NCBI GenBank assembly: GCA_903896545.1
Contig: CAITYF010000229.1
Span: 1-51,295 of the forward strand
Origin: an uncultured Myxococcales bacterium
GTDB lineage: Bacteria; Myxococcota_A; UBA9042
DNA length: 51,295 bases
Direction of reading: 5' to 3'
Positions 20,058 to 29,464 of the stretch are shown here, in pieces (the stretch's first letter is position 1; every line of letters begins with the position of its first letter). Under the pieces are notes generated by a model. That model saw only the letters and a program-made list of their open reading frames with translations. It had not been told where the DNA came from and did no database searches. The translations under genes and the position numbers were made by a program.

Positions 20058-20744
20058 CTACTTACGCGGCGGCAGCGCGCCCGTCCGCAGCTTCTCGCCA
20101 TCCAGCCCATCCAGGTGGCTCGTGTCGTTCAGCAGCATCAACCGCAGACCGCCGTTGTCCAGCTGCACCGTGGTCACCGACGCCGGATCCACGGCAAACG
20201 TGCGGAACTGACTGACTTTCAACTTCAGCACGCGGCACAGCATCGTGGAAATCGTGAACATGTGCGAAACGATGATGACGTGCCCGTTCGGATGCCGCTC
20301 GTAGAGGTGCTCCAGCACTTGCCAGCTGCGGTTGGCCACTTCCTGCAGGTTTTCACCCTTGGGAAAGCGCACGCGGCCGGGATTCTTCTGCCAACGGTCG
20401 CGCCAGCTGCCCGGACCGTTCTGCAGCTGCGTGAAGTGCGCGCCTTCGAGGTCGCCCAGATTCACTTCCATGAGGCGCCTGTCCAGCACCGCGGCGTGGC
20501 CAATCGTCTCGCCGATCGCCGCCGCTGTGTCGCGGGTACGCAGAAGCGGGCTCGCCCAGAGCGCGTCAAAGGGACGCCCCGCGAACCGCTCGCCCAAACG
20601 CGCGGCCTGCAGCCGACCCAGGTCCGAGAGCGGCGAATCTGTGTGGCCAACCAGCACAGGCTTGCCCGTCAGCTCACTGACGCCATGACGAATGAATGTG
20701 ATACGCAAAGGCAGCGCCCTCCAAGCGGAGCGGAAACCTAGCAT
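20058..20744 (-). CDS. Histidine phosphatase (phosphoglycerate mutase-like) family protein
   Basis: RHG catalytic motif (ITFIRHGVSE); downstream His (IIVSHMFT). Confidence 0.7.
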   Translation of the reverse strand: MLGFRSAWRALPLRITFIRHGVSELTGKPVLVGHTDSPLSDLGRLQAARLGERFAGRPFDALWASPLLRTRDTAAAIGETIGHAAVLDRRLMEVNLGDLEGAHFTQLQNGPGSWRDRWQKNPGRVRFPKGENLQEVANRSWQVLEHLYERHPNGHVIIVSHMFTISTMLCRVLKLKVSQFRTFAVDPASVTTVQLDNGGLRLMLLNDTSHLDGLDGEKLRTGALPPRK

Positions 20745-20896
20745 GGGGTTGCGCGACCGTCGAAAAATCCTGCACGCGAACGGCGGATTCGTGGACTTTC
20801 TGCCGCTATTGTCGCCACTTCGTTGCCGCCGTGATCGCGCAACCGCGTGTTGCCCTGCCCCCTGCGCGCGCCTACACTCGGCGCCCGGAGGTTCCC

Positions 20897-22711
20897 ATGT
20901 TGCTCGTCGCGTTCCTTTTCCTGTGCCAGCTGTCCGTGCCCAACGTCGGTGTGATGCAAGCGCCGCGGACCACGACGATCCAGAACAACGCGCAGGCGTT
21001 TCTGGACCTGTACAACGGCATCTACCAGCGCTTGACCGCAGTGGATCAGGAGAATCAATGGGCGGGCTCGACCGACGTGAGCGATCGCAGCGATGGTCGA
21101 CGTACGGCGTCCGGGCAGATGGCGGCGGCGTTTCTGGGCAATCCGCAGGTCATCGCGGAGACGCGCAAGTGGCTGGATCAGAAGAACAAGCTGACACCGC
21201 TACAGATCAAGCAGCTGCAGGCCATCTTGTTCAAAGCGGCCAGCGCGCCGGGCACGATTCCGCAGGTTGTCGACGCGCGCATTGAAGCGGAAAGCCAGCA
21301 GGCGAGCGTTCAGGACAGCTTCGTGTATTGCCTGACGCAAAAGAGCGCGGACGGCAAGTGCGCCAAGACGGCGACGGCCAATGACATCGACGGCGTGTTG
21401 CGCGTGTCCAAGGACATGAACGAACGCCTCAACGTGTGGAACGCGAGCAAAGAACTGGGGCGTCCGCTGAAGTCGGGGCTCGTGAAGTTGCAGACGTTGC
21501 GCAATCAGTTGGCGCGTGAAATGGGCTTTTCGTCGTTCTTTGCCCTGCAAGTGTCCGAATACGGCATGAGCGTCGACGACATGCGCAAGCTGAACCAAAG
21601 CTTTCTGACCGACATCAAGCCGCTCTACAAGGCGCTCCACACGTGGACGCGGCGCAACCTGGCGGCCAAGTACGGACAGCCGGAGCCCAAAGGCGCGATT
21701 CCGGCGCACTGGCTGACCAACCGCTGGTCGCAAAACTGGGTAGCACTCGCGCCGGGCGTCGATTTGGACCAGTACTTCAAGAATCGGACGCCGGAGTGGA
21801 TCGTCAAGCAGGCGGAGGCCTTCTACGTGTCGATGGGCTTTGCGCCGCTGCCCGACACATTCTGGCAGAAGTCCGATTTGTACCCGGTCCCGGCGGGTCA
21901 AACGCGCCACAAGAACAGCCACGCGTCGGCTTGGCATATGGACCTCGACAAGGACGTGCGCTCCCTGATGAGCGTGGAAGGCGACAGCGAGTGGTTTTCC
22001 ACCGCGCACCACGAGCTGGGGCACATTTACTATTACATGAGCTACGCGCGTCCCGGCGTGCCGCCGCTGCTGCGGGAAGGTGCGAACCGCGCGTTTCACG
22101 AGGGCATCGGCGAGTTGATTTCCATCGCCGCGGGTCAAGTGCCGTACCTGCAGCAACAGAAGATTCTGCCGGCGGACCTGAAGATCGACCAAACCGCGTT
22201 TTTGCTCAACGAAGCGCTGGAGCACACGATTTCCTTCCTGCCGTGGTCGGCGGGCGTGATGACGGAGTTTGAGTACCAGCTCTACGAGAAGAATCTGCCG
22301 CCGGAGAAGTGGCAGGAGACGTGGTGGAAGTTGGTCGCGGACTATCAGGACGTCGTGCCGCCGGATGCTGCGCGCTTGACCGATCCGACGGCGTGCGACG
22401 CGTGCACGAAGACGCACATCAACGACGATCCGGCGCAGTATTACGATTACGCGATTGCGACGGTGCTGAAGTACCAGCTGCACGAGTACATCGCGACGAA
22501 AATTTTGAAACAGGATCCACACAGCTGCAACTACTTTGGCAACAAGGAAGTCGGCAAGTTCCTGAAGAAGATCCTCGAACAAGGCGCGACGCGCGATTGG
22601 CGTGTGGTGCTGAAGGAAGCGACGGGCGAGGACTTGTCGACGCGCGCGATGGTGGCGTACTTCAAGCCGCTGCAGGTGTGGCTGGATGCGGAGAATGGGA
22701 AGGTGAAGTAG
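20897..22711 (+). CDS. Peptidase M2 (angiotensin-converting-enzyme-like peptidyl-dipeptidase), secreted
   Basis: ggaggt RBS; ATG 20897; signal peptide MLLVAFLFLCQLS. Zinc motif HHELGH with downstream EGIGE (HEXXH...E); length about 600 aa is typical of M2. Confidence 0.8.
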   Translation: MLLVAFLFLCQLSVPNVGVMQAPRTTTIQNNAQAFLDLYNGIYQRLTAVDQENQWAGSTDVSDRSDGRRTASGQMAAAFLGNPQVIAETRKWLDQKNKLTPLQIKQLQAILFKAASAPGTIPQVVDARIEAESQQASVQDSFVYCLTQKSADGKCAKTATANDIDGVLRVSKDMNERLNVWNASKELGRPLKSGLVKLQTLRNQLAREMGFSSFFALQVSEYGMSVDDMRKLNQSFLTDIKPLYKALHTWTRRNLAAKYGQPEPKGAIPAHWLTNRWSQNWVALAPGVDLDQYFKNRTPEWIVKQAEAFYVSMGFAPLPDTFWQKSDLYPVPAGQTRHKNSHASAWHMDLDKDVRSLMSVEGDSEWFSTAHHELGHIYYYMSYARPGVPPLLREGANRAFHEGIGELISIAAGQVPYLQQQKILPADLKIDQTAFLLNEALEHTISFLPWSAGVMTEFEYQLYEKNLPPEKWQETWWKLVADYQDVVPPDAARLTDPTACDACTKTHINDDPAQYYDYAIATVLKYQLHEYIATKILKQDPHSCNYFGNKEVGKFLKKILEQGATRDWRVVLKEATGEDLSTRAMVAYFKPLQVWLDAENGKVK

Positions 22712-22776
22712 GGGCCTCCGCTGGCGCGCTGCGGTGCCGGCGGCTGTGACGTTGGAATTCCGTCAGCGTGGAGAGA
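22712..22776. repeat. Copy of the dispersed intergenic repeat element (diverged 5' motif, conserved 3' box)
   Basis: ggggcctccgctggcgcg...ggtgccggcggctgtgacgttggaattccgtcagcgtggagag. About 90% identical to the copy at 51149-51214 over about 65 nt. Confidence 0.6.
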
Positions 22777-22999
22777 GCCGCGCCAAAGCCAGCGGCGGTC
22801 ACGGCGGAAGGATTGCCCAGCCGTCCAAAAGTTCAGCGCTCGTGTGCACAATTTTGCCGCTTGACGCCAACCGCGGAATCGGCAAACTCCGGATCTGCGG
22901 GCAATCGTGCAGGTTCAAGGGGCGAACGTCGGGGTCTACCTCGGTCAGGGTACTCCTCGGCTGCACGTCCGCGAGCTGCGCCCCGACTTGAAGGAACTG

Positions 23000-23611
23000 A
23001 TGTCGATTCTCCTCCCTCCCGCTGCGCGCGTGCGCCGCGTCTGGCTTCCTGTGTTGGCGCTATTGGGCGTCGTCGGCGTCGCTGATGCCGGTGAAGATCT
23101 CGACGCGCGCCTCGCAAACGGCGACATCGTCGTGAGCGTGCACGAAGAGGAAGGCTTCGATATCCCGCCGATGTACACGCGCGCCGTCATCGATGCGCCA
23201 CCTGAAAAAGTGTTCGCGCTCGTCAATGACTGCAACGCGTTCAAGACGTACATCCCGCGCGTCGTGCAATCCAGCGAAACTTCACGCGAGGGCAACCACA
23301 GCGTCTGCAAGTTCCTGGTCGACATGCCCTGGCCGATGGACGACTTGTCTTCCACCGTCGAGGCCACGGTCTCCTCGGCGCCGGGCAAGTGGACGCGCGA
23401 ATTTGTCCACAAGGACGGCAACTTCATCCGCAACGACGGCGTCTGGACGCTCACGCCGTTTGGCGACGACGGCAAGCGCACGCGGGTCGAGTACAAGCTG
23501 CACTCCGCGTTCAAGACCATGCTGCCGAACGCGTTCGTCCGTTCGGGCCAGAAGGGCGCGATGAAGGACCTCATCAAAAGCATGCGCAGCCGCCTTGTGG
23601 GCCACGACTGA
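23000..23611 (+). CDS. Secreted SRPBCC-superfamily (polyketide-cyclase / START-like lipid-binding) protein
   Basis: aaggaa RBS; ATG 23000; signal peptide MSILLPPAARVRRVWLPVLALLGVVGVADA; about 200 aa with an SRPBCC-like beta-grip pattern. Confidence 0.55.
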   Translation: MSILLPPAARVRRVWLPVLALLGVVGVADAGEDLDARLANGDIVVSVHEEEGFDIPPMYTRAVIDAPPEKVFALVNDCNAFKTYIPRVVQSSETSREGNHSVCKFLVDMPWPMDDLSSTVEATVSSAPGKWTREFVHKDGNFIRNDGVWTLTPFGDDGKRTRVEYKLHSAFKTMLPNAFVRSGQKGAMKDLIKSMRSRLVGHD

Positions 23612-23646
23612 ACCAGCCCCTACGTTAGAACGAAGAGGAGCCCGAC

Positions 23647-24630
23647 ATGGCGCTGACTGAACAGACATTTGAGATCCTGCCCACCCCCAAGTGGCAGGGA
23701 AAACCCGTGCCCGCTGAGCAGACAACGAACGTGCTGTACGGCATCTTCGGCCACCTCGGCTCGCCGCTCACGTACGTCATCTTGCTGGCGATCTTTGGCG
23801 TCACCGCGTGGAATGCCCTGGGACTCTTCATTCTGACGTCGATCCCGTTCGTCACGTTCACGCTGTGGGCGGAAAAGCAGCATCCGTCCATCGAACTACC
23901 CAAGCCAACGGCGCGCGAGTTCTTTGACGGCATGATCATGGTCTTCATCAAAGGCGTGGGCGTCGGCGGCGGATTGGTCACGCTCGGCTGGTGGGCGCAT
24001 TCGCACGTGCCGCTGTGGGAGATGTTGGGCGTGCGCCAAGGACTGTCGCACGCGTGGTGGCTCATCGCGGCCGCGACGCTCGGCACGGATCTCGCGTACT
24101 ACTGGATTCACCGCACGATGAGCCACAGCCGCGGTCAGGCTCCCGTGCTGCGCTACTACCGCAAGAAGCACTCGGCGCACCACGCGGTCACGGCGCTGGA
24201 TTTTCTCCGCGGCAATCAGTCGTCGTTGGTGGATACGGCGGTGAGTCAGTTCCAGCCGTCGCTGATCGTGATTTCCTGGCTGTTGGGTCTGGACCTTGGC
24301 GGAACACTGGTGGCCTACGCGCTGGTGCTCATGCTGCAAGCGACCGACCACACGTCCGCGACGTTCAGCATCGGCTGGCTCAACTGGATCTTCATGGACA
24401 ACCACGCGCACAAGCTACACCACTGCAAGCGCGGCCACCTGATCAACCACGCGGCGGCCTTTGCGTTCTGGGATCGCCTGTGGGGCACGTACTACGAGGA
24501 CTGGTCGATCTCCAGCAATTTCATGCATCACCACGGCGTGTCCCTGCCCATCCGCCGCGTGGAGGCGGACCGGAAGCGGCCGGGTCAGCTGTTGGACACG
24601 TCGGCGCTCGGCGTGGACGTCCCGATATGA
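23647..24630 (+). CDS. Fatty-acid hydroxylase / sterol-desaturase superfamily membrane enzyme
   Basis: His boxes HRTMSH, HSAHH and HKLHH; four hydrophobic segments. Confidence 0.7.
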   Translation: MALTEQTFEILPTPKWQGKPVPAEQTTNVLYGIFGHLGSPLTYVILLAIFGVTAWNALGLFILTSIPFVTFTLWAEKQHPSIELPKPTAREFFDGMIMVFIKGVGVGGGLVTLGWWAHSHVPLWEMLGVRQGLSHAWWLIAAATLGTDLAYYWIHRTMSHSRGQAPVLRYYRKKHSAHHAVTALDFLRGNQSSLVDTAVSQFQPSLIVISWLLGLDLGGTLVAYALVLMLQATDHTSATFSIGWLNWIFMDNHAHKLHHCKRGHLINHAAAFAFWDRLWGTYYEDWSISSNFMHHHGVSLPIRRVEADRKRPGQLLDTSALGVDVPI

Positions 24631-25418
24631 CCGCGCCGCGTTTTGCCCTCGTGACCGGTGCGAGCAGCGGAATTGGCACCGAGCTCGCCCGACAACTGGC
24701 CGCGCGCGGCTATGGCCTCGTCATCACGGCGCGGCGTCTGGATCGACTCGACGCGCTCCGAACGGAGCTCGAAGTCGCGCACAAGGTGCCCGTGCACGTC
24801 GTTGCGCAGGATCTCGCGGCCCCGCAGGCGCCGCAGCAGTTGTTCGAGTCGGTGCGCGCGTTGGGCATTCAGGTCGACGTGCTCGTGAACAACGCGGGCT
24901 ACGGCATTCAAGGCCGTTTCGTCGAGATGGACATGCCCGCCATCGAGAAAATGACGCGCGTGAACGTGCTGGCGCTGACGGAACTGACCTTGCTTTTTGG
25001 CCGTGAGATGGCGACGCGTGGCACTGGGCATATCCTCAATGTCGCGTCGGCGGCGGCGTTCCTGCCTTCGCCCTATGTCTCCGCGTACGCGGCGACAAAG
25101 GCGTACGTCCTCGCCTTTTCGGAGGCGATTCGCTTTGAACTCGCGCCCGCGGGTGTCAACGTGACCACACTTTATCCCGGCATCACGACGACCGAGTTCA
25201 ACGCGGTCGCCCTCGCCCAGACGCCCAAAGCGATGGACCTGTCGATCCTCGGTCCAGCCGACGTGGCGCGCATGGGGCTGAACGGGCTTTTTGCCCGCAA
25301 GCGAACGGTCGTGCCCGGCTTCATCAACAAAGTGAACGCGTTCCTGAGTCAGGTGCTCCACCGCGGGCTGATCACGTGGTTCGCTGGCCGTTTGCTCGCT
25401 GCGGCGAACCGAAAGTAG
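24627..25418 (+). CDS. Short-chain dehydrogenase/reductase (SDR)
   Basis: ATGA start/stop overlap with the upstream gene. TGASSGIG cofactor motif, NNAG, catalytic YxxxK (YAATK). Confidence 0.8.
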   Translation: MTAPRFALVTGASSGIGTELARQLAARGYGLVITARRLDRLDALRTELEVAHKVPVHVVAQDLAAPQAPQQLFESVRALGIQVDVLVNNAGYGIQGRFVEMDMPAIEKMTRVNVLALTELTLLFGREMATRGTGHILNVASAAAFLPSPYVSAYAATKAYVLAFSEAIRFELAPAGVNVTTLYPGITTTEFNAVALAQTPKAMDLSILGPADVARMGLNGLFARKRTVVPGFINKVNAFLSQVLHRGLITWFAGRLLAAANRK

Positions 25419-25435
25419 GGTCAGCGCAACGAGGT

Positions 25436-26047
25436 CTACGCACCCGGCACGCGGGTCGTCCAGTGCCAGCCAGACAGCGACAGCCCGGAAATTTCCCATT
25501 GCGCCGACTCAAACCCCGCCTGCGTCTCCTTGCCCAGAAGACTGAACGAGTCGTCTTCGATGAGCACCTGCCCGCGCTCGGCTAGATCTTCACCCAACTT
25601 GCACGCGATGTTCACGGCGTCGCCAAAGAAGTCCTGTCCCGGCAAAAGCAGGATCCGCCCGCTGGCGATGCCGATGCTGACGTGGATGTCCTTGTCCACA
25701 GGCTGGGTCAGGTTGTAGGTGCGAAACGCCGCGTTGATCGCCCGCGCCGCTAACACGGCGCTCTCCGGGTCAAGAAACGACGCGTAGAGGTTGTCGGCTT
25801 CGTACTTGACGACCTCGCCGCCCATCGCCTGAACAAGCGGGCGCGTCAGGATTTGCATCTGGCGGACCATGGTCAGGTAATGCACGATGCCCCAGCGGCG
25901 AACCAAACGGGAGAAGCCGCTCATGTCCTGCACCAGAACTGTGCGCTGAACGCCCCAGCGCGCCCACAGCTGCGCCTCGATTTCGGCAGCCTCCGCGGGA
26001 TTTTGGCAGGTGTTGTAGCGGTCCAGCAGCGAGTAGAATTCGTTCAT
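25436..26047 (-). CDS. Stand-alone class III nucleotidyl-cyclase (AC/GC) catalytic-domain protein, about 203 aa
   Basis: Start at the internal ATG 26047 (MNEFYSLL). Metal-binding blocks VLVQDMSGFSRL and FGDAVNIACKLGE resemble the cyclase-homology-domain consensus. Confidence 0.5.
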   Translation of the reverse strand: MNEFYSLLDRYNTCQNPAEAAEIEAQLWARWGVQRTVLVQDMSGFSRLVRRWGIVHYLTMVRQMQILTRPLVQAMGGEVVKYEADNLYASFLDPESAVLAARAINAAFRTYNLTQPVDKDIHVSIGIASGRILLLPGQDFFGDAVNIACKLGEDLAERGQVLIEDDSFSLLGKETQAGFESAQWEISGLSLSGWHWTTRVPGA

Positions 26048-26252
26048 GACCGGCCCCGCCGCGCTCGTTGGTGTGCGCGCCGTTGTGACCGCAGTCTGCC
26101 CAGCGAGCCCCGGACCGTCAAGCCACGGTTCGTCGGCGTTTTCTTCCCTCGACGCGGGCGTGCGCTGCCCACGAACCAGCGCCACTTCCGCCGCGTGCTA
26201 CCTTGTCCGCACTGACAGCCCACGCGTCGGCTGCGCCAGTCCCAAGGACGCC

Positions 26253-26648
26253 ATGCGCGCCATACTCATCCTCCCGGCCTTGCTCCTCGTCAGCGCCTGC
26301 AACGGCCGCAGCCCGTCTTTCAGCGGCACTGCGTTCGCTGCCAACGTCCCCGCCATCCGCTTTTCAGGCCGCTGCCTCATCCAGAACAGCGCGCGCGTCC
26401 CGCTCATTTGTCAGGACTTCTGGAATCGCCCCGGCAGCGACCTCGAAGCCGCCGAGCGCACGCAGTGTGTTGTCTCTGGCTCGACGTGGGCGACCGAAGC
26501 GTGCAGCGAAGTCGGGCGCTACGGTGGCTGTCGCTCCAAGACGGACGAAGCCGGCGCGTACGTGATCCAATGGTTCTACTTGCAAGAAACGGGGCGCCAA
26601 GCCAAAGAATTGTGCCCACGCGACGGGTCGAGTGAATGGCAGGAGTGA
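26253..26648 (+). CDS. Small Cys-containing lipoprotein
   Basis: MRAILILPALLLVSACNG lipobox; six further Cys; about 131 aa. Confidence 0.45.
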   Translation: MRAILILPALLLVSACNGRSPSFSGTAFAANVPAIRFSGRCLIQNSARVPLICQDFWNRPGSDLEAAERTQCVVSGSTWATEACSEVGRYGGCRSKTDEAGAYVIQWFYLQETGRQAKELCPRDGSSEWQE

Positions 26649-26743
26649 AAACGCTTGAATCTGTGAATCGCCGGCCGCGGAAGCAAAGCGGCGAAAAGCG
26701 CGTTCACAGGATCGGCGCCTGAAGCGTTCACACTTTCCGACCG

Positions 26744-28216
26744 CTACGGCACGTCGAACGCACAGCGGAAACCGGTGTACTTGCTGCCGTTCACGTCGGT
26801 GAAGTCGCGGTAGCTGTTGCGCATCAATGCCGCGGACCACGCCCACGAACCGCCGCGCAGGCCGTACACTCCGGTGCCGGTCGTCGCGCCCTTGGGATTC
26901 ACCCAGCCTCCGACCGGCGTCTGCGCGTAGTAGGTCTCGTCGTACTCGTCGGAGACCCATTCTTCGACGTTGCCGCCCAAGTCGCTGAAGCCGTAGGGCG
27001 AGTTGCCCGCCAAGGAGCCTGGAAGGGTCGGAACGCCGGGGCAGGTACTCGGCGTTGCGCCGTCTTTGCCGTTGGCCAGCTCGCACGTCATCGGCGCGTT
27101 GCCCCACGGGTAGACGGTGGCTTGTGTTTCGCATTGTCCCGCGGGGTACTTCTCGCAACCGCCGCGCGCGGCCTTTTCCCACTCTGCCTCGGTCGGCAAG
27201 CGGCCGCCAAGCCACGTGCAGTACGCCACGGCCGATGTGTAGGTGACGCAGCTCAACGGCAACGCTGCGTTCGCCGTGACGTTCGTGCCCGTGCAGCCGG
27301 GACCAGTCTGGAGAAAGTTGCAGCCTCCAGCGTCTTTGCACGCCTTGTACTGGGCAACCGTGACTTCTTTCCGGTCCATTGCATACGCGGAAAGCTCAAC
27401 GAGGTGACCGGGGGATTCGTTGTTCGCACAATCGGGATCCAACGGCGAGCAGCCCATGAAGAAATTGCCGGCTGGAACGACGATGACGTCCAAGCCCATG
27501 CAGGTGCCCGTGACGCAGGTGTCCAGCGTCGTGCTTGCGTTGGCATCGTCGCACGGCGTGGCGCTCTGCGGCAGGTTCGTGCAGCCATCTGCCTGGGTGC
27601 AAGCGTCGAGCGTACAAGCGTTGCCGTCGTCGCAGTTGACTGCGCCCGTCAGCGTGCACTTGCCGCCCACGCAGGTTTCGTCGGTGCAGTTGTCACCGTC
27701 CGAGCACGTCGCGGTGTTGTCCACGTGCAGGCACACGCCGTTGACGCAACTATCATCGGTGCACGGCGAGCCATCCGCACAACCGACGAGCGCGCCGCAG
27801 GGCGGGTTCCCATTGTCTGGTTCGGTTGCGCTGTCAGCGTCGTCGGCAAGCATGTCGTTGGCAACGGCGTCGTCGGCAAGCGCATCGTCGACACTATCGC
27901 TGCTACTGGCATCGACCGCCGTCACGTCGGCCACATCCGCAACGGCGTCCGCGCCGGTTTCGGTCACGTCCTTGGGCGGCGCTTGCGTGTCTTCCGGCGG
28001 CGCTGTGTCGGCATCGGCAGAAACCGCATCCGTACCTGCGATGTCTGCAACGTCGCCAGCGGCTGTCTCGATAGGCCCAGCGTCGGCATCAACACCAACG
28101 TCGCCAGCCTCTGCATCATCGCCACCGGCGGCTTGCGTTTCCTTGGTCGCACCGCAACCAGAGAACAACCAAGCGCAGCACATCACAAGCACCAACGAAC
28201 GGGTAAACAGGTTCAT
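26744..28216 (-). CDS. Lipoprotein with acidic linker, Myxococcus-type Cys-rich repeats and C-terminal FGE-sulfatase (SUMF1/EgtB-like) domain
   Basis: MNLFTRSLVLVMCCAWLFSGC lipobox; D/A/V-rich linker. Cys-rich repeats CTDDSCVNGVCLH... and CDDGNACTLDACTQADGC. FGE-type C-terminal block LGGRLPTEAEWEKAARGG, GNVEEWVSD, LRGGSWAWSA..., GFRCA. Confidence 0.75.
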   Translation of the reverse strand: MNLFTRSLVLVMCCAWLFSGCGATKETQAAGGDDAEAGDVGVDADAGPIETAAGDVADIAGTDAVSADADTAPPEDTQAPPKDVTETGADAVADVADVTAVDASSSDSVDDALADDAVANDMLADDADSATEPDNGNPPCGALVGCADGSPCTDDSCVNGVCLHVDNTATCSDGDNCTDETCVGGKCTLTGAVNCDDGNACTLDACTQADGCTNLPQSATPCDDANASTTLDTCVTGTCMGLDVIVVPAGNFFMGCSPLDPDCANNESPGHLVELSAYAMDRKEVTVAQYKACKDAGGCNFLQTGPGCTGTNVTANAALPLSCVTYTSAVAYCTWLGGRLPTEAEWEKAARGGCEKYPAGQCETQATVYPWGNAPMTCELANGKDGATPSTCPGVPTLPGSLAGNSPYGFSDLGGNVEEWVSDEYDETYYAQTPVGGWVNPKGATTGTGVYGLRGGSWAWSAALMRNSYRDFTDVNGSKYTGFRCAFDVP

Positions 28217-28426
28217 TCGAGTCCTCCATCGTATCGTACCGCCCCGACGCTACGCGAAGGACCGACGCGCGGTCAAGCGCACAATGAGTCCGTGAACGCA
28301 TGCAATGCGCGTCCGGCAGCGCATCGCGGGTTGACGTGCCGGTCCGGCGCAACGGGGCGTGGCCCTTTGACGGCGCACCGCAGCGCGAGCAGACTGATTG
28401 CAGTGCCTCGCGCACCGGAGGTCCCC

Positions 28427-29458
28427 ATGTCCACACGCGTCACCTTCCTCCTGTTCAGTCTATTCCTTCCACTCGCCACCCACGACGCACTGGCTTGCTC
28501 CCCACTCATTCTCTGTGCGCCACAGGTCGCGTTCCCGGCGGGCACGCAGATCCCCGCCAATGCGCAGGGTCTGCCGCTTGCGCTGCCTGCCCCGATGCAG
28601 GCGCCATTCGAGCCGATCCAGCCGCAGCTGCGCGACGCGGGTGGCCAGGTCGTGCCCACAGAACTCGTCGATGACACGTTGCCAGGTTGGAAGTTGCTCA
28701 AGCCACTCAAAGGCTTCACCGCGAACACGACCTACACCATGCACGCGACGAACTTCTGCACGGATCCACAAACGGGCGGGACCGCAGTGCCGACTGACGT
28801 GACGTTCACCACAGGCAAGGACGCGCTGCTGCCGACTGAGCAAGGAACGCTGCATCTGGGCGCGCTGGCGCCGGATCAAGTGTCGGTCTGGACGTCATCG
28901 GGCAGTTGCACGGAGTCAATTCTCGCGGCGCGTGGCGTCGTAGCGCTGGAGGCCAATCCGCTGTGGCAGCCGTGGCTACCGCTGACCCGCGCCGAAGTGT
29001 GGGTGGATGGCGTGAAGTGGTCGCAGTCGAGCTACGGCAATCTGCCGCTGGGAACAGCCGCGACCGATCCGGGAACGGTGCCACATGGACCGCGAAGCTT
29101 TCACGTCGCGTGTCAGACCGTGCCCCAGTACGCGGACGCAGGGCTGGCGCAAGGCGCGCACCACGTTGATCTGCGGGTTCACATCGCGGGCGCGTACGCC
29201 GACCCAGCGTATCTGTACGGCGACGTGACGGTGACGTGCGGCAAGCCGCTGGATCCCGACGCGGGTGCGACGGACGGTGGAACAAGCGAAGACGCGAGCG
29301 CTGGTCTGGACGGAGCGCAGGACACAGCTGGCTCGGCGGCGCCCGATGCGGCCTCGACGAGTGGTTGCGCGGCGAGTCGTGGGGGTGCCACCACCAGCGC
29401 GTGGCTTCTGCTGCTGTGCGCGTTGGGAATCGGCCTGCGGCGGCGCGGCGTGCGGTAA
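28427..29458 (+). CDS. Secreted protein with C-terminal MYXO-CTERM-like sorting tag
   Basis: ggaggt RBS at 28417; ATG 28427; signal peptide MSTRVTFLLFSLFLPLATHDALA. C-terminus ...TSGCAASRGGATTSAWLLLLCALGIGLRRRGVR. The upstream part of ORF 27122..29458 is antisense to the FGE lipoprotein. Confidence 0.65.
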   Translation: MSTRVTFLLFSLFLPLATHDALACSPLILCAPQVAFPAGTQIPANAQGLPLALPAPMQAPFEPIQPQLRDAGGQVVPTELVDDTLPGWKLLKPLKGFTANTTYTMHATNFCTDPQTGGTAVPTDVTFTTGKDALLPTEQGTLHLGALAPDQVSVWTSSGSCTESILAARGVVALEANPLWQPWLPLTRAEVWVDGVKWSQSSYGNLPLGTAATDPGTVPHGPRSFHVACQTVPQYADAGLAQGAHHVDLRVHIAGAYADPAYLYGDVTVTCGKPLDPDAGATDGGTSEDASAGLDGAQDTAGSAAPDAASTSGCAASRGGATTSAWLLLLCALGIGLRRRGVR

Positions 29459-29464
29459 TCGCGG

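Noticed and set aside
27122-28426. N-terminal 435 aa of the long ORF 27122..29458
   Set aside because: That portion is antisense to the FGE-domain lipoprotein gene. Only the part from the RBS-preceded ATG at 28427, which has a signal peptide, is credible.
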